The position numbers were made by a program, and so were the translations under genes. Below are positions 42,702 to 53,241 of a stretch of DNA of 64,000 nucleotides, in pieces. This DNA comes from a virus (Duplodnaviria; Heunggongvirae; Uroviricota; Caudoviricetes), in IMG/VR virus record IMGVR_UViG_3300042006_000024. One strand, 5' to 3'. The notes under the pieces were generated by a model. That model made no database searches and was not told where the DNA came from. It saw only the letters and a list, made by a program, of their open reading frames with translations. Positions within the stretch are counted from its first letter, which is position 1; every line of letters starts with the position of its first letter.

Positions 42702-45700
42702 TTACTTCTCGTTAAGGAGAGCAATGAACTTGTCGATCTGTTTACCATCGTGCATGAACTGATTGGTGTAGCGAATGCAGAACACGCCGCCTTCGCCGTT
42801 CGTGTCGAACTGAACAGTAGGACCCGAACCAGACCAGTCAAGATGAACGTGGCTACCGAACTTCTTGGCATCAAAGTCTTCGAACTCGACAGACTTGACT
42901 TTCGATACAGGAACAGTACCGTCCATAAAGATGTAGACGACCTTGTTCTTCCTGTTCATTGATCCCCCTAGCGCCTCATTGATAAACCCCTTAAAGTGTT
43001 TGATACCTACAGCGGTTGTATTTTCATTTATACCGTGTTTCGATTTTAGCTCGGACATCATATCTTTGTCAATCAGTTCGCACTGATATGCCCGATAAAT
43101 TTTCACTTGTTCGTTGACGTTGAACACTGCCCACTCAGGACTAATCACACTTGTTTCGCTATAACCAGTGCCTGGGCCGGCTGCTTTGAAGTCGCGATCA
43201 TACTGACCAAGAGACGCTTCCATCTCAAAGATGTAGCCCTTCGCACCAAGACCACGCGTCATACGACCATCAGACATGTACTGGCTGACTTTGTCGATCA
43301 CGTTGCTGAAGTAGATCCCGTCACCGAGCATACGACCAGCAACTGAAGGGTCATTCGACTTGATCACGCGGAATCCGTAACGCAAGATCATCGAAGCAGC
43401 GACTGTACCCGTACCGTGGAACACAGGGCGCATGATCTTCGAGTTAGTCCCTTCAGCGGCCATCTTAGCAGTCCATGCAGCATAACCAGCGTCCTGAATC
43501 GGGATGCTTACGTCGAATGCACGAACGATCTTGGCTGCGATGTTACCGTGACGATAGCGGTTGAACGCATCGTACTCCACCGACATTTGCTCAAGCTCTT
43601 CAGCAGTCTTAGGCACTTCGGTAACAGCAAGGGTGTTGATGTCCGATTTGTTAATTGTCTTCGACATCACGTCGGTCAATGTCGCATTGTCGTCAATTTT
43701 CGGCGCACGTGGTACTTTGATGTTGTTGTACTTGAGGATGTCCAAGATACGTTTTTCATCGAGGTCAACAAGTGGCTTGATTGGCACATGGTCACCTGCA
43801 AGGGCATCACGAGTCACTGCGACGAACTTGTTGGCGATTACGCTTTTGGTAATGATCTTCTTGTCGTCTGTGGTCAACTGATTGAACAGTGCTTCACCGA
43901 CTTTTGGATCACTATTCCACGCACTTACAACAACCTGAGCATTTGCGTCTTCGAACTCACGACGTTGCGATGGCTTTGTCCCACGGAAATAACTGTTACT
44001 CGATGCGAACAGCGATTCATAGGACGCCTTTGACAGCTTGTCCATGTTACCGCTTCGGTTGAGGCCATCGATAATCGAAGAGACAGCAACCACACGACCA
44101 CTTGCAGCAGTGCGAGCAATAGCGGCATCAGACGCTTTAGCATTCAGTACAGCAAAGACCTCAGCGGCATTGTACCTATAGTTAAATGTTGGATCTGTAA
44201 TCACATGTTCGCTGACTACTTCTGTACCTAGGATATCGGCCACTTCGTTAGGGAATGTCGCTAGGTCTTTAAGCAGCTTCACTGCCGCCTCAGCCTTAAC
44301 AGCGTCAGAACTGATGTTGTACAGAGCTTTTGACATAGCCCAAGTCGTACCATACATCCGACCAGTGTTGTTATTCAACAGGGTCATAATACCAACACGT
44401 TCGTTGTACTTATCGAGAACAACCTTCGAACGCGACTCATAATACATGACCATCAGACCGTCATTGGTGATGATACCGGCCATCAGCAGTGTATCGAGTT
44501 GAGCCGATGTCAGATACTTTGCCAGGCCCTTCACGATGATCGTTGAGATGAAAAAGCTACTCTGACCAAAAACGACAGTACGGGCGATGTTGCGGACGTA
44601 TGCGTCCATATCGATACCGATAGGCTGGATGCGTTTCACAAACGCGTCATCACCATAGCTGTAGTTGTCATGTTCGATCAGGGCGACATCATATAGACGT
44701 TGAACCCGCTTTCTGAAGTAGATCGTTGCGCCTGGTACAAACGGCGACCCTGGTGATGCAACGAACAACGCATAGAGCCGCTGTTCAATACTCAAGGTAA
44801 GATTTTCAGTATCAGGTAGACTTGCGATACGATCAGCATATGCCATCTGAACAATTTTGCGAAGATCTGTAACCGTGTACCCGAACATGTGGCTACTGAT
44901 AATGTCGTCAAGCGTTTCATCGATGAAGTCTGAGCTAGCACCTTTGATGAAGCTTACCAACATATCACCGAGGACGTCTTTGTCATACAAGCCCGTGGAG
45001 CGGATGCTTGTTTGGAAGTTCGTCCACTGTTGCAGTTTGAACTGTGTAAGGATACCGTCCTCTGGACCCGAGTAAGCGCCGAAAGAAATCATGGTCCGAC
45101 TTGTGAACAACGAGTCAAGTGCATCGATGATCACCGCAGAGTTGGTGAAGAGGCTGTCGATGTCATCAACGTTGTAGTCGCCGTTAGGCAGAGTGCGAAC
45201 TTTCGGGTTACTTGCATAAGCGCGAACGATATCAACCGCCATTGAAGCGGTCATCATGCTGTAGAAATACAACACAAGCGCCGACTTGATACGGTCACCG
45301 TCTGCGATACTTGTCTGGCTATCTGCAAGGTATGCCTCGACTGCGGCAATAGTGTTACCGAATGAGGCATTCGTCATGCCGTTGATGATACCAGTGATCA
45401 ATCTTTGGTCAGCTAGGAACGAACTCTGAGCAGTCGTGTCGGAGGTAATGTTGACGATGTACGCGCACACGCGGCTATAGACGCCAGCGAGCATCTTAGC
45501 AACAGACCATGCACTGTTGACCATGACAGGACTCGAACGCAACTGAGCAAGTTCCTTAGGGACGTCGCCCAGTGCTTTTACCATGTCTGGTACGTTTGCG
45601 ACTGAGATTGCAGCGTGCACTTTGATGTAAGAGTAGGCCGAAACGTCATATCGCTTCAGATAGAAGCCCATGCCTTCGTCCCATTCTTTCATGTTGACGT

Positions 45701-46625
45701 TGGCGAACATCTGGTCGAGTGGCTTGCTGACGTACAGCGCGTTGAACATCGGTTCAAAGTGGTCTTGCATGTACTTGCGGTGCACGCGTACATCACGCAG
45801 GATCGCTGCGAAGTCGTCACGCCCTTTAGCGAAGTGCAGACGGTTGAACAGCGAGTCATTGAACGCTGTTGGGTTGTTCATTGGGTCTACTGCATCGACT
45901 TTCGGCGTAGTGTTGACGACAGGGGCAACTAGGGCGACGACAGGGGTCGGTGTTGTAGCAGTGACAATCTGGTTCGCTACAGCAACTGCGACAGCCGCTG
46001 AACCGTCAGACTTGGCATCAGGTGGAGTTGCTTTGACCAGGCTCGCATAGAACGGGTTCGACTTGACCGCAACTGGATCGAAGTCTTTACCACCGAAGAA
46101 CGGCACGGTACTTTGACGGTTGGTGTAGTACAAGTGGAACACAGTCTTTTCAGCGACAGCACCTGCAAGATCCAGAGCAGCGCGTGGTTCGGTCTTGAAT
46201 GCGCGTTGAATGACCTTGACGATGAACGGAGCAAAGCGCTCATACTTCGCAGGGAAGGTAAAGTCGTAAGACGAAGTCTGGTGACCGTCAGGGCTTTCTT
46301 TGTACAGCTGGTACGACTTGAGCAGGGTGACCAGGATTTTCTTCATGTCACCGACATCAAACATCAGGTCTTGACTTTTCAGTTTACCACCGGCTGCACG
46401 GATCGACACGAACACCCAACGACTGTTACGACCGATCTCAGGCTTGCGCAGCACACGGAACGCGTACTCTTTGTTTTTGTCAGTGACGAACTCAGTCTGG
46501 AACTTGAGCGTAGGGATACCTGGCATCTTGTTTGCCGGCGTTTCTTGGAAGTCGAAATACTTCGCACTGTTCAAATCAAGAATCTCAGTCAGCAGAGATT
46601 CAAGCATCAATTCTTGGTCTTCCAT
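42702..46625 (-). CDS. large putative virion protein with C-terminal PARP-type (H-Y-E) ADP-ribosyltransferase domain
   Basis: VFHGTG, MLGDGIYFS, SPEWAVF; late promoter CTAAATA at 46663-46669; start could be 46661. Confidence 0.8.
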   Translation of the reverse strand: MEDQELMLESLLTEILDLNSAKYFDFQETPANKMPGIPTLKFQTEFVTDKNKEYAFRVLRKPEIGRNSRWVFVSIRAAGGKLKSQDLMFDVGDMKKILVTLLKSYQLYKESPDGHQTSSYDFTFPAKYERFAPFIVKVIQRAFKTEPRAALDLAGAVAEKTVFHLYYTNRQSTVPFFGGKDFDPVAVKSNPFYASLVKATPPDAKSDGSAAVAVAVANQIVTATTPTPVVALVAPVVNTTPKVDAVDPMNNPTAFNDSLFNRLHFAKGRDDFAAILRDVRVHRKYMQDHFEPMFNALYVSKPLDQMFANVNMKEWDEGMGFYLKRYDVSAYSYIKVHAAISVANVPDMVKALGDVPKELAQLRSSPVMVNSAWSVAKMLAGVYSRVCAYIVNITSDTTAQSSFLADQRLITGIINGMTNASFGNTIAAVEAYLADSQTSIADGDRIKSALVLYFYSMMTASMAVDIVRAYASNPKVRTLPNGDYNVDDIDSLFTNSAVIIDALDSLFTSRTMISFGAYSGPEDGILTQFKLQQWTNFQTSIRSTGLYDKDVLGDMLVSFIKGASSDFIDETLDDIISSHMFGYTVTDLRKIVQMAYADRIASLPDTENLTLSIEQRLYALFVASPGSPFVPGATIYFRKRVQRLYDVALIEHDNYSYGDDAFVKRIQPIGIDMDAYVRNIARTVVFGQSSFFISTIIVKGLAKYLTSAQLDTLLMAGIITNDGLMVMYYESRSKVVLDKYNERVGIMTLLNNNTGRMYGTTWAMSKALYNISSDAVKAEAAVKLLKDLATFPNEVADILGTEVVSEHVITDPTFNYRYNAAEVFAVLNAKASDAAIARTAASGRVVAVSSIIDGLNRSGNMDKLSKASYESLFASSNSYFRGTKPSQRREFEDANAQVVVSAWNSDPKVGEALFNQLTTDDKKIITKSVIANKFVAVTRDALAGDHVPIKPLVDLDEKRILDILKYNNIKVPRAPKIDDNATLTDVMSKTINKSDINTLAVTEVPKTAEELEQMSVEYDAFNRYRHGNIAAKIVRAFDVSIPIQDAGYAAWTAKMAAEGTNSKIMRPVFHGTGTVAASMILRYGFRVIKSNDPSVAGRMLGDGIYFSNVIDKVSQYMSDGRMTRGLGAKGYIFEMEASLGQYDRDFKAAGPGTGYSETSVISPEWAVFNVNEQVKIYRAYQCELIDKDMMSELKSKHGINENTTAVGIKHFKGFINEALGGSMNRKNKVVYIFMDGTVPVSKVKSVEFEDFDAKKFGSHVHLDWSGSGPTVQFDTNGEGGVFCIRYTNQFMHDGKQIDKFIALLNEK

Positions 46626-46714
46626 TAAGGCGTGCCCTTTATGTGTAAGGTGATTATCCATCTATTTAGAAAACAGGAAAGCCCCAACTAAGGGGCTTCG
46701 TTATTTGAGGTGGG

Positions 46715-46924
46715 TTATGCGATGTGACCTTTAGGATCGACTCGGAAGTATTCGAAGTCTTCCAACGTCGCAGCACGCAGCACGTCAAGTCTACCGACAC
46801 TGATAGGGCCGTTGAGCCAGTCATGGCCACCTAATTGAATCTTACCAGCGAGTACACCATACAGAGTAGTGCCTTCTTGCGAGTAGATCAGCGTGTTTTC
46901 ATTCAGCACATAATATTTGGTCAT
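46715..46924 (-). CDS. hypothetical protein (MTKYYVLNENTL...)
   Basis: GGGAG RBS before internal Met. Confidence 0.55.
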   Translation of the reverse strand: MTKYYVLNENTLIYSQEGTTLYGVLAGKIQLGGHDWLNGPISVGRLDVLRAATLEDFEYFRVDPKGHIA

Positions 46925-46972
46925 CTTCACTCTCCCTTGTCTGTAGTCTGTAGCGGTTATAACACCACTCAT

Positions 46973-47434
46973 TCAGACAAACAATAGACCAGCGCCGCCT
47001 GCTGCTTCCCATGCATCAATCGCTTTCTGCCGATCATCGACGAGGATGTTGATGAAGTAATTGCTGTCAACGTGTTGACCTTTCATCTCGACTTTGTCAA
47101 CGAAGATCACTTCGATGTCACCGATGTGTTCAGCGATCCAATCAAGCTTTGCCCGACGAACAGCTTCACTGTTGATCCAACCGCTTGCGCTCAAGATGCA
47201 AACGTCGGTGCTATGAGCATTTGTCTCGGCAGCAAGCATCTGCATACCTTTTGCGATTGGCCGCATGTTGCGAAAGAAGTCGTAGGTGAACAAGGTTTCT
47301 TTGATCGCGTTTTTTTCAGCAGTGCCCATCGTGTTGAACACTTCTAGTGGGATATCGCAGTTCGATTCAAAAGCGTGAACCCAATCACACAACACACCGT
47401 CCATGTCGAAGTTCACTTTAGTTGTAACGCTCAT
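46973..47434 (-). CDS. HAD-family 5'-nucleotidase-like protein
   Basis: NFDMDGVLCDW, KLDWI, LVDDR. Confidence 0.8.
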   Translation of the reverse strand: MSVTTKVNFDMDGVLCDWVHAFESNCDIPLEVFNTMGTAEKNAIKETLFTYDFFRNMRPIAKGMQMLAAETNAHSTDVCILSASGWINSEAVRRAKLDWIAEHIGDIEVIFVDKVEMKGQHVDSNYFINILVDDRQKAIDAWEAAGGAGLLFV

Positions 47435-47503
47435 CTCAATTCCTTAGTTCTTATCAGACGACTTACTTGATGTGACCGATTCTACGGGCAACTAAGGTAG
47501 CTG

Positions 47504-48337
47504 TCAACCCCATGTGTCCACTTTAGGTACATAATCTTTGATCTTGTTGTAGACGGCATCACCTAGCTCAGCGCTTGACAATTGCGGTGAACCCTGCTTC
47601 TTGACCAAGATGTAGTTGGCGTCTTTGACATACGCACCACCTTTACCAGACTTCGCAATAGTGGTATCAGTGCCGACTCGGTTGAAGCTGACGTAAATCG
47701 CACCGTCCATGTACTTGAGCAGCTTGTCGCCCATGTCAAGTATTTTCTTCATGGTCAGAGCAGCACCCTCATGGGTCGCCATCAGAATTTCATCAGGGAC
47801 AACCCGACTACGCTTGGCGTTCTGGTCGATTGCAACGCTGATGTCATTCACCACCCAGACGATGTGAATGTTCACTTTACTGTAACCAAGCTCTTGTGCG
47901 TTGCGCGTGATCGATTCGAGTTTGCTCATGTCTTTCAGCGTAACGTCGAAGATCAGATTGGGCTTACGGTCTGCGGCTGAAGCGAGTATCGACGCGAATA
48001 CGGTCTGATCGCTCTTGTTCGTGATGTTGTAGACGCTCGACAGAATGTCGTGCATTTTACCAACGTTGTCGGGGTTCTTCATGTCGAAGGTCTTGATGTC
48101 GTGACCTGTCTCTTCTTTGACCTTCGCTGCGAACTTGGTAGACTTCACCGCAAGCTCTTTCAGTGCGTCAACGTCGAAGCTCTTACCTTCGATCCCGAGC
48201 AGGTTCGACTTCTGGAATCCTTTACCACTACCTGCACCACCCGCGAGAATGACCACGTTACCAAACTTCGGGTACGCGACTTTGCCGAAGACCATCAGCT
48301 TTTCGTGGAGTGACAGATATTCACCTAGTGTGATCAT
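47504..48337 (-). CDS. P-loop NTPase/kinase (zeta-toxin/AAA_33-like)
   Basis: LAGGAGSGKGF Walker A, LIFDVT, NAKRSRVVP lid; CTAAATA at 48402-48408. Confidence 0.75.
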   Translation of the reverse strand: MITLGEYLSLHEKLMVFGKVAYPKFGNVVILAGGAGSGKGFQKSNLLGIEGKSFDVDALKELAVKSTKFAAKVKEETGHDIKTFDMKNPDNVGKMHDILSSVYNITNKSDQTVFASILASAADRKPNLIFDVTLKDMSKLESITRNAQELGYSKVNIHIVWVVNDISVAIDQNAKRSRVVPDEILMATHEGAALTMKKILDMGDKLLKYMDGAIYVSFNRVGTDTTIAKSGKGGAYVKDANYILVKKQGSPQLSSAELGDAVYNKIKDYVPKVDTWG

Positions 48338-48404
48338 ACAAATACCTTTTGATGTAAACGGTCACATCACGAGTATAGACCCAAGACGTGAAAGATACTG
48401 GTAT

Positions 48405-48794
48405 TTAGTCGTTGAGCAGTGCTTTTGCTTCTTTACCTTCGCGATCAACGAGGATCACAACAGAGTAGGTCTTGTCAACACCGCCGCGGTCACGCGTTGA
48501 AGTCGACTTCAGGGTCACGCTCTTGACAGATTCACCGAGCAGACGTCTCACGACCGACTCAACGCTAGCGAACGCGGTATCAGCTTCAGCTTTGAACTCG
48601 ACTTCACGGGCGTAGAAGTGACTGACAACAACTTTACTGTAACCAGTTGCAGCATCAACGGAAGTAGGTTTGACATCGAGGACGTTGATGTTCAGGTCAT
48701 CGAGGGCAGCGTAGCGCAACGCATATTGAATCGTCGAACCGATGCGCCAGTGAATTGTCTTTTCATCACCAGTGATACGCGCTTTAGTAGTCAT
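48405..48794 (-). CDS. hypothetical protein (MTTKARITG...)
   Basis: Early promoter TTGACG-17-TATCAT at 48834-48862 and recurrent leader. Confidence 0.6.
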   Translation of the reverse strand: MTTKARITGDEKTIHWRIGSTIQYALRYAALDDLNINVLDVKPTSVDAATGYSKVVVSHFYAREVEFKAEADTAFASVESVVRRLLGESVKSVTLKSTSTRDRGGVDKTYSVVILVDREGKEAKALLND

Positions 48795-48870
48795 GATATG
48801 GTCTCTCTTCACTTGTTTCGTTTCGATGTGTCCATGATATCGATACCATGAACACACGTCAACCTCTTTC

Positions 48871-50574
48871 CTACACGATCTCAGTGAAGCCCTCGACTAG
48901 TTTAAAGGAAAGCTCACTGCGGAAGTGGTCTTTGAACTCATCGAAGCGCTGGGTCACGACGAAGGTGTTCTTATGTGGCAGCTTCTCACGCACCAGCTTC
49001 ATGAACATCCCTACACCTTCACGGTCGATTGGTTCGAGGATCTCATCGAGAAACAAGATGTTAGTCACCACCGAGTTCTTAATCGACGCGACTTCGAGCA
49101 GAGCAAGCCACAGAGCAAGGTTGACGCGACACTTCTGCCCAGTCGACAGGTTATCGTAGGTGAAGCCTTCGCGGTTGATTGCGTTGATCTTGTCTTCGAA
49201 CTTCTCGTTGATCGAAAGGTTCAGATGGAAATCCATCGCACCCAAGTACTCATTGAGTCGGTTATTGATGAACTCGATATAGTCGCGCACGATAGACGCC
49301 TTGATACCGTCGTCCTTCAGCAACTCCTTACACTTCGACTGGGCTTCTTGTGTCAGCTTCAGACCGTTGAGGCTGTCAGTCATGAGCTGATGTGACTCTT
49401 TTGTCTTAGTCAACTCAGCAACGTACTGGTCAACTTTCGATTCAGCCGACAGACGCTGCACAGATGCGACGTTAGAACGAATCTCACCGCGTATACGCTG
49501 CATCTCGCTTTCAAGCTGACGTATGCCTTGACGCAACGTTTGCTCACGCTGTTGGGCTGTTACAAGGGCTGTCAGGTCGGCTACTGCTTTCTGGTAATGT
49601 TCGACCATGCTTGTGGCCGACGCTTTGATACCAGACACCTTGTCATTACACTCGGTGTGCTTGCTTGCTTTTGTGGCATCGTCGATTGCTTGCGAGCAAG
49701 TCGGGCAGACATCATTGTCCTCGAAGAACTTTGCGGTCTTTTGAAGGTCAGTGATGTTCGACTGGAACTTGACTGCAACGTCTTCGAACTGGCGCTTGGT
49801 CTTGCTGGCATCGTTGACCTTCTGCGCGATGTCTTTGAGGGTTTCAAGCTCATCATCATACGAACGGCATTCAGTCTCAAGCCCTTCGATACGGTCACCA
49901 AGAGTGCTGATGGTCTCGTTGATGATTGCGATCTGACCGTCAACGTTAGAAGCAGCCTCATCGATCAGTCGTTGTTGGCCACGCATGCGCTCATCCAGAC
50001 GCTCACGCTCATACTTGAGGTCTTCGATTTCCGTGTTGAGGTTCGATGTGACCTTCTTCAGTAGATCGGACATGACACTGAACACCGAGATGTCCAAGAT
50101 GTCTTCAACGACTTTGCGACGATCAGCAGCACCAAGCTCCATGAACGGTACATACTTCTCTTTGTTCAGGACGACGATCTGAGTGAACAGTTTGAAGTCC
50201 ATACCAAGAACGTACTCGACTTTAGCCTGGTAGTCTTTCGACGCCGCGCTTTGGTCTTGCAGTTCGTTATCAATCCAGAACTCGAACACCGCAGGCTTCT
50301 GGCCGCGCACGACCTTATACGCCTTACCATTCTTCTCGAACTCGATTTCAACAACCATGTTCTTCTTGTTGATCGTGTTGATCAACTGGCTGAGCGTGAC
50401 CTTCTTCAGCGACTTACCGAACAGCCCGTAGGAGATCGCTTCAAGCAACGACGACTTGCCAGCGCCGTTATGGCCACCGATGCAAGTCGTTGGTGAACGA
50501 TCAAGATCAATCGTGATCGCTGCGTTACCGATGCTCTGGAAGTTCTTATACTTGACCTTCTTAAACGTTAACAT
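48871..50574 (-). CDS. 46: recombination endonuclease subunit gp46 (Rad50/SbcC-like)
   Basis: GHNGAGKSS, CPTCSQ zinc hook, LSTGQ, LFLDE. Confidence 0.96.
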   Translation of the reverse strand: MLTFKKVKYKNFQSIGNAAITIDLDRSPTTCIGGHNGAGKSSLLEAISYGLFGKSLKKVTLSQLINTINKKNMVVEIEFEKNGKAYKVVRGQKPAVFEFWIDNELQDQSAASKDYQAKVEYVLGMDFKLFTQIVVLNKEKYVPFMELGAADRRKVVEDILDISVFSVMSDLLKKVTSNLNTEIEDLKYERERLDERMRGQQRLIDEAASNVDGQIAIINETISTLGDRIEGLETECRSYDDELETLKDIAQKVNDASKTKRQFEDVAVKFQSNITDLQKTAKFFEDNDVCPTCSQAIDDATKASKHTECNDKVSGIKASATSMVEHYQKAVADLTALVTAQQREQTLRQGIRQLESEMQRIRGEIRSNVASVQRLSAESKVDQYVAELTKTKESHQLMTDSLNGLKLTQEAQSKCKELLKDDGIKASIVRDYIEFINNRLNEYLGAMDFHLNLSINEKFEDKINAINREGFTYDNLSTGQKCRVNLALWLALLEVASIKNSVVTNILFLDEILEPIDREGVGMFMKLVREKLPHKNTFVVTQRFDEFKDHFRSELSFKLVEGFTEIV

Positions 50575-51665
50575 TACTCACCTTTCAGCAGGATAGTTGA
50601 GGCTTCAGCAAACAGCTTCGTCATCAACTCACGTACTGCCTTATCACCAAACTGTGGGTTATTCGAGATATAGTCCTCGATGTACTGTTGAGTCGTCTTG
50701 CTCGTGCGCTCTTCGACGTCTTCAGCAGTGTCAGTGCTGTCTTCAGTCAGGGCATAAGTGTTGACCACTTGCAGGTCATGAGGCTTCGCACGGTTGATCT
50801 TGCTCACAGTATCCATCAAGTCGACGCGATTATACTCACTGTTGACGACGAGGCGAACAAACATGCCTTCGAACAGGTCGAGGTACTCGGCATCAGTCAT
50901 TGCCTTGAACACGTCGGCTTCGAATGTTACCATTGTGAACAGACAAGTGGTGTTCTCGACAAAGGTCAAGGTCTGTGTACGTGCATCGAACAAGTGGTGA
51001 CCACGAGCATCGCCGTAATCCTGCCAGTTCAGATGGAACGCCGAGCCCATGTAGCGCACGTTAGACAACTTCGACTTGTGGTGAAAGTGTCCAGACCAGA
51101 CTTCTTGGAACTCTTTGAACAACTCAGCATTCAGGCCGTGTTCAGCGGGTGCAGACGACGCGTAGTGCTTGGCCCCTTGAATCTCAAAGTGACCAGCAAC
51201 GATTGTCGTGTCCTTGTCAGGATGAGTAGCAAGGAAATCCATCGTGTTGTCGTAGTTCTCTGAGTTAATCCACGGCACAAGGGCGTACAGTTGCCCGTCA
51301 AGCTCTTTTGTCGTGCACTCTTCAATCACGGTCACGTTGTTCGGTGCAGCAGCTTTCAGCACTGCCAGACTGTGGATCTTGTTCGTATTCTTGTAGGCGA
51401 CGTCATGATTGCCGAGAATAACGATGAAGTTAAAGTCACCTTCAATCAACTGTTGTGCGAACCAGCCAACAACGAAGTCGATGTCGAACACAGAGATTGA
51501 GTTGCGGTTATCAAAGAAGTCGCCCAAGTGCAGGATGTCTGTGATGCCTTGAGCTTTCAGCTTCGAAAAGAATTCAGTGTCATACCAGAACTGCATATAG
51601 GAACGGAAAATGGAGCTCGATGACCGAGCCCCCTGGTGAGTATCAGTGATGATCGCAACAGTCAT
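50574..51665 (-). CDS. 47: recombination endonuclease subunit gp47 (Mre11/SbcD-like)
   Basis: TDTHQG, LGDFFD, LGNHD, GHFE, SGHFH. Confidence 0.96.
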   Translation of the reverse strand: MTVAIITDTHQGARSSSSIFRSYMQFWYDTEFFSKLKAQGITDILHLGDFFDNRNSISVFDIDFVVGWFAQQLIEGDFNFIVILGNHDVAYKNTNKIHSLAVLKAAAPNNVTVIEECTTKELDGQLYALVPWINSENYDNTMDFLATHPDKDTTIVAGHFEIQGAKHYASSAPAEHGLNAELFKEFQEVWSGHFHHKSKLSNVRYMGSAFHLNWQDYGDARGHHLFDARTQTLTFVENTTCLFTMVTFEADVFKAMTDAEYLDLFEGMFVRLVVNSEYNRVDLMDTVSKINRAKPHDLQVVNTYALTEDSTDTAEDVEERTSKTTQQYIEDYISNNPQFGDKAVRELMTKLFAEASTILLKGE

Positions 51666-52084
51666 AGCTTGCCGTAGCCCTTGTCAATCATCTTCAGCGC
51701 GGTGATGAGCGATACACCTAGATCAGCAGAAATCGCAAACGCTCGGTCGTCGCGGTCAGATATCACAGTCAAATTTGTGGCCCTGACTTTAGAGATCGCG
51801 CCAGTACTGAGTTCAACAACCCAGCCGTTACCCAGTGTCGATGGGCCAACAATGAACACTTTCGTGTTACCGTCAAGCTTGGCGTAGATGCCAGCACGCG
51901 GGAACTTTTCTACAACTTGCCAGTCACCAGTTTGCAGGCATTGATTTACGCGACTAGGCGTGTACTTGATTGGGTCGTTGATAGTCTGCCCTGTTACTTC
52001 ATTAGTCTTACCATTGTAAGAGTACAACAGTCCACTATTAGTGAACTGAAACGACATCGAAGCATCATATTTGTTCATTACCAA
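51662..52084 (-). CDS. hypothetical protein
   Basis: ORF track; between gp55 and gp47. Confidence 0.6.
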   Translation of the reverse strand: MVMNKYDASMSFQFTNSGLLYSYNGKTNEVTGQTINDPIKYTPSRVNQCLQTGDWQVVEKFPRAGIYAKLDGNTKVFIVGPSTLGNGWVVELSTGAISKVRATNLTVISDRDDRAFAISADLGVSLITALKMIDKGYGKL

Positions 52085-52108
52085 TCCTTACAAGTTAGTT
52101 GAGATGTG

Positions 52109-52747
52109 TTAGGCGAGGAACTCTAACACGCCCATATTGCAGTCGTCTACATCTTCCTTTTCAGGCTTAGTCATGTAGCGTGTTTCATAGTCGGCAATGT
52201 AGTTCAGGTGATCACGGTACATGTCAGTCGTCTCGTCCATCAGCAACAGGTCATCTTCGCTGATGTTCTCATCCAACAATCCATTGAAGCCGTGCGCGTT
52301 GTCGTAAGACTTGAACTTGATGTAGGTTTGTTTCTTCTCACGCTTGATTCGCAGGATGATTGCGTTGGTAACCAGTTGCGTGATGTAGGCGAAAGGGTTG
52401 TTGTACTTGAAAGGGTTGTAGTTGTGAGCATAGCGGGCGCACGTCTCGATAGCGTCACCGATCATCTCTTCTTTCCATGCCTGCGTGTAGCCTACAAAGT
52501 TGCGGGAGTAGGTGCGACGTGTGGCGATGTCGATGATTGCCTGACCGATCTTGTTCGACATCGGTGGGATGCCTTTGCCTTCAGACAGCCACAGCTCTTT
52601 TTTCGTCGCGTAGATAACGAACTCTGCCTGTAGCTCTTTGTTGTTGACGTACTGGGCTGGCTTGGACTTCTCAGGGGCTTTGGCGCACAGTTCAAACGTT
52701 AGCGAGTCGATATCGCCTTCGAGGATTTCTTGAGTTGCGATGGTCAT
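52109..52747 (-). CDS. 55: late sigma factor gp55
   Basis: YVNNKEL, WKEEMIGDAIE, YNNPFAYITQ, EKKQTYIK. Confidence 0.93.
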   Translation of the reverse strand: MTIATQEILEGDIDSLTFELCAKAPEKSKPAQYVNNKELQAEFVIYATKKELWLSEGKGIPPMSNKIGQAIIDIATRRTYSRNFVGYTQAWKEEMIGDAIETCARYAHNYNPFKYNNPFAYITQLVTNAIILRIKREKKQTYIKFKSYDNAHGFNGLLDENISEDDLLLMDETTDMYRDHLNYIADYETRYMTKPEKEDVDDCNMGVLEFLA

Positions 52748-53241
52748 TAACGTAAACCCTTTTCGATGAGTGCTAGCTGATTTAGATGGTCTACGCGTTC
52801 GTTAAGTTCGACGCCTGAGTGACCTTTCACCCAGACCGCGTTGACCGTTTTGAACCTTAACTTCAGTGCGTAGACCTGCATCCACAAATCAAGGTTTTGT
52901 TTGTCTGCCGGCCAGCCTGCACGTTGCCATTTGTGCATCCAGTCGTTCATAGAGTTGACACAGTACATGGAGTCTGTTGTAATGGTGATGTCGACAGCTT
53001 TTGCTTTGACCAGATCGTCTTCACACAGCACGTCACTGACGAACTGGAGTGCTTTGACAATCGCCATCATCTCGGCAATCTGTGAGGTCTGCTTGTGATG
53101 CTCGACCAATCCATATTGCTCAATGCGTTGATCCTTGTTATCATGGTATAACAAGAACGACCACGACCCTATTTTATTGTTGAAAGAAAATCCACCATCA
53201 GTCCAAATCTGAAAATTCATAAGTATAAATTCTGTCTTCAT
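52747..53241 (-). CDS. rnhA: ribonuclease HI (RnhA type)
   Basis: TDGG, AEMMA, TDSMY, WVKGHSGVELNERVD. Confidence 0.9.
   Translation of the reverse strand: MKTEFILMNFQIWTDGGFSFNNKIGSWSFLLYHDNKDQRIEQYGLVEHHKQTSQIAEMMAIVKALQFVSDVLCEDDLVKAKAVDITITTDSMYCVNSMNDWMHKWQRAGWPADKQNLDLWMQVYALKLRFKTVNAVWVKGHSGVELNERVDHLNQLALIEKGLR

Noticed and set aside
42702-46661. Naming the large ART as T4 alt
   Set aside because: Catalytic motifs are H-Y-E (PARP class), not R-S-E as in Alt/ModA/ModB
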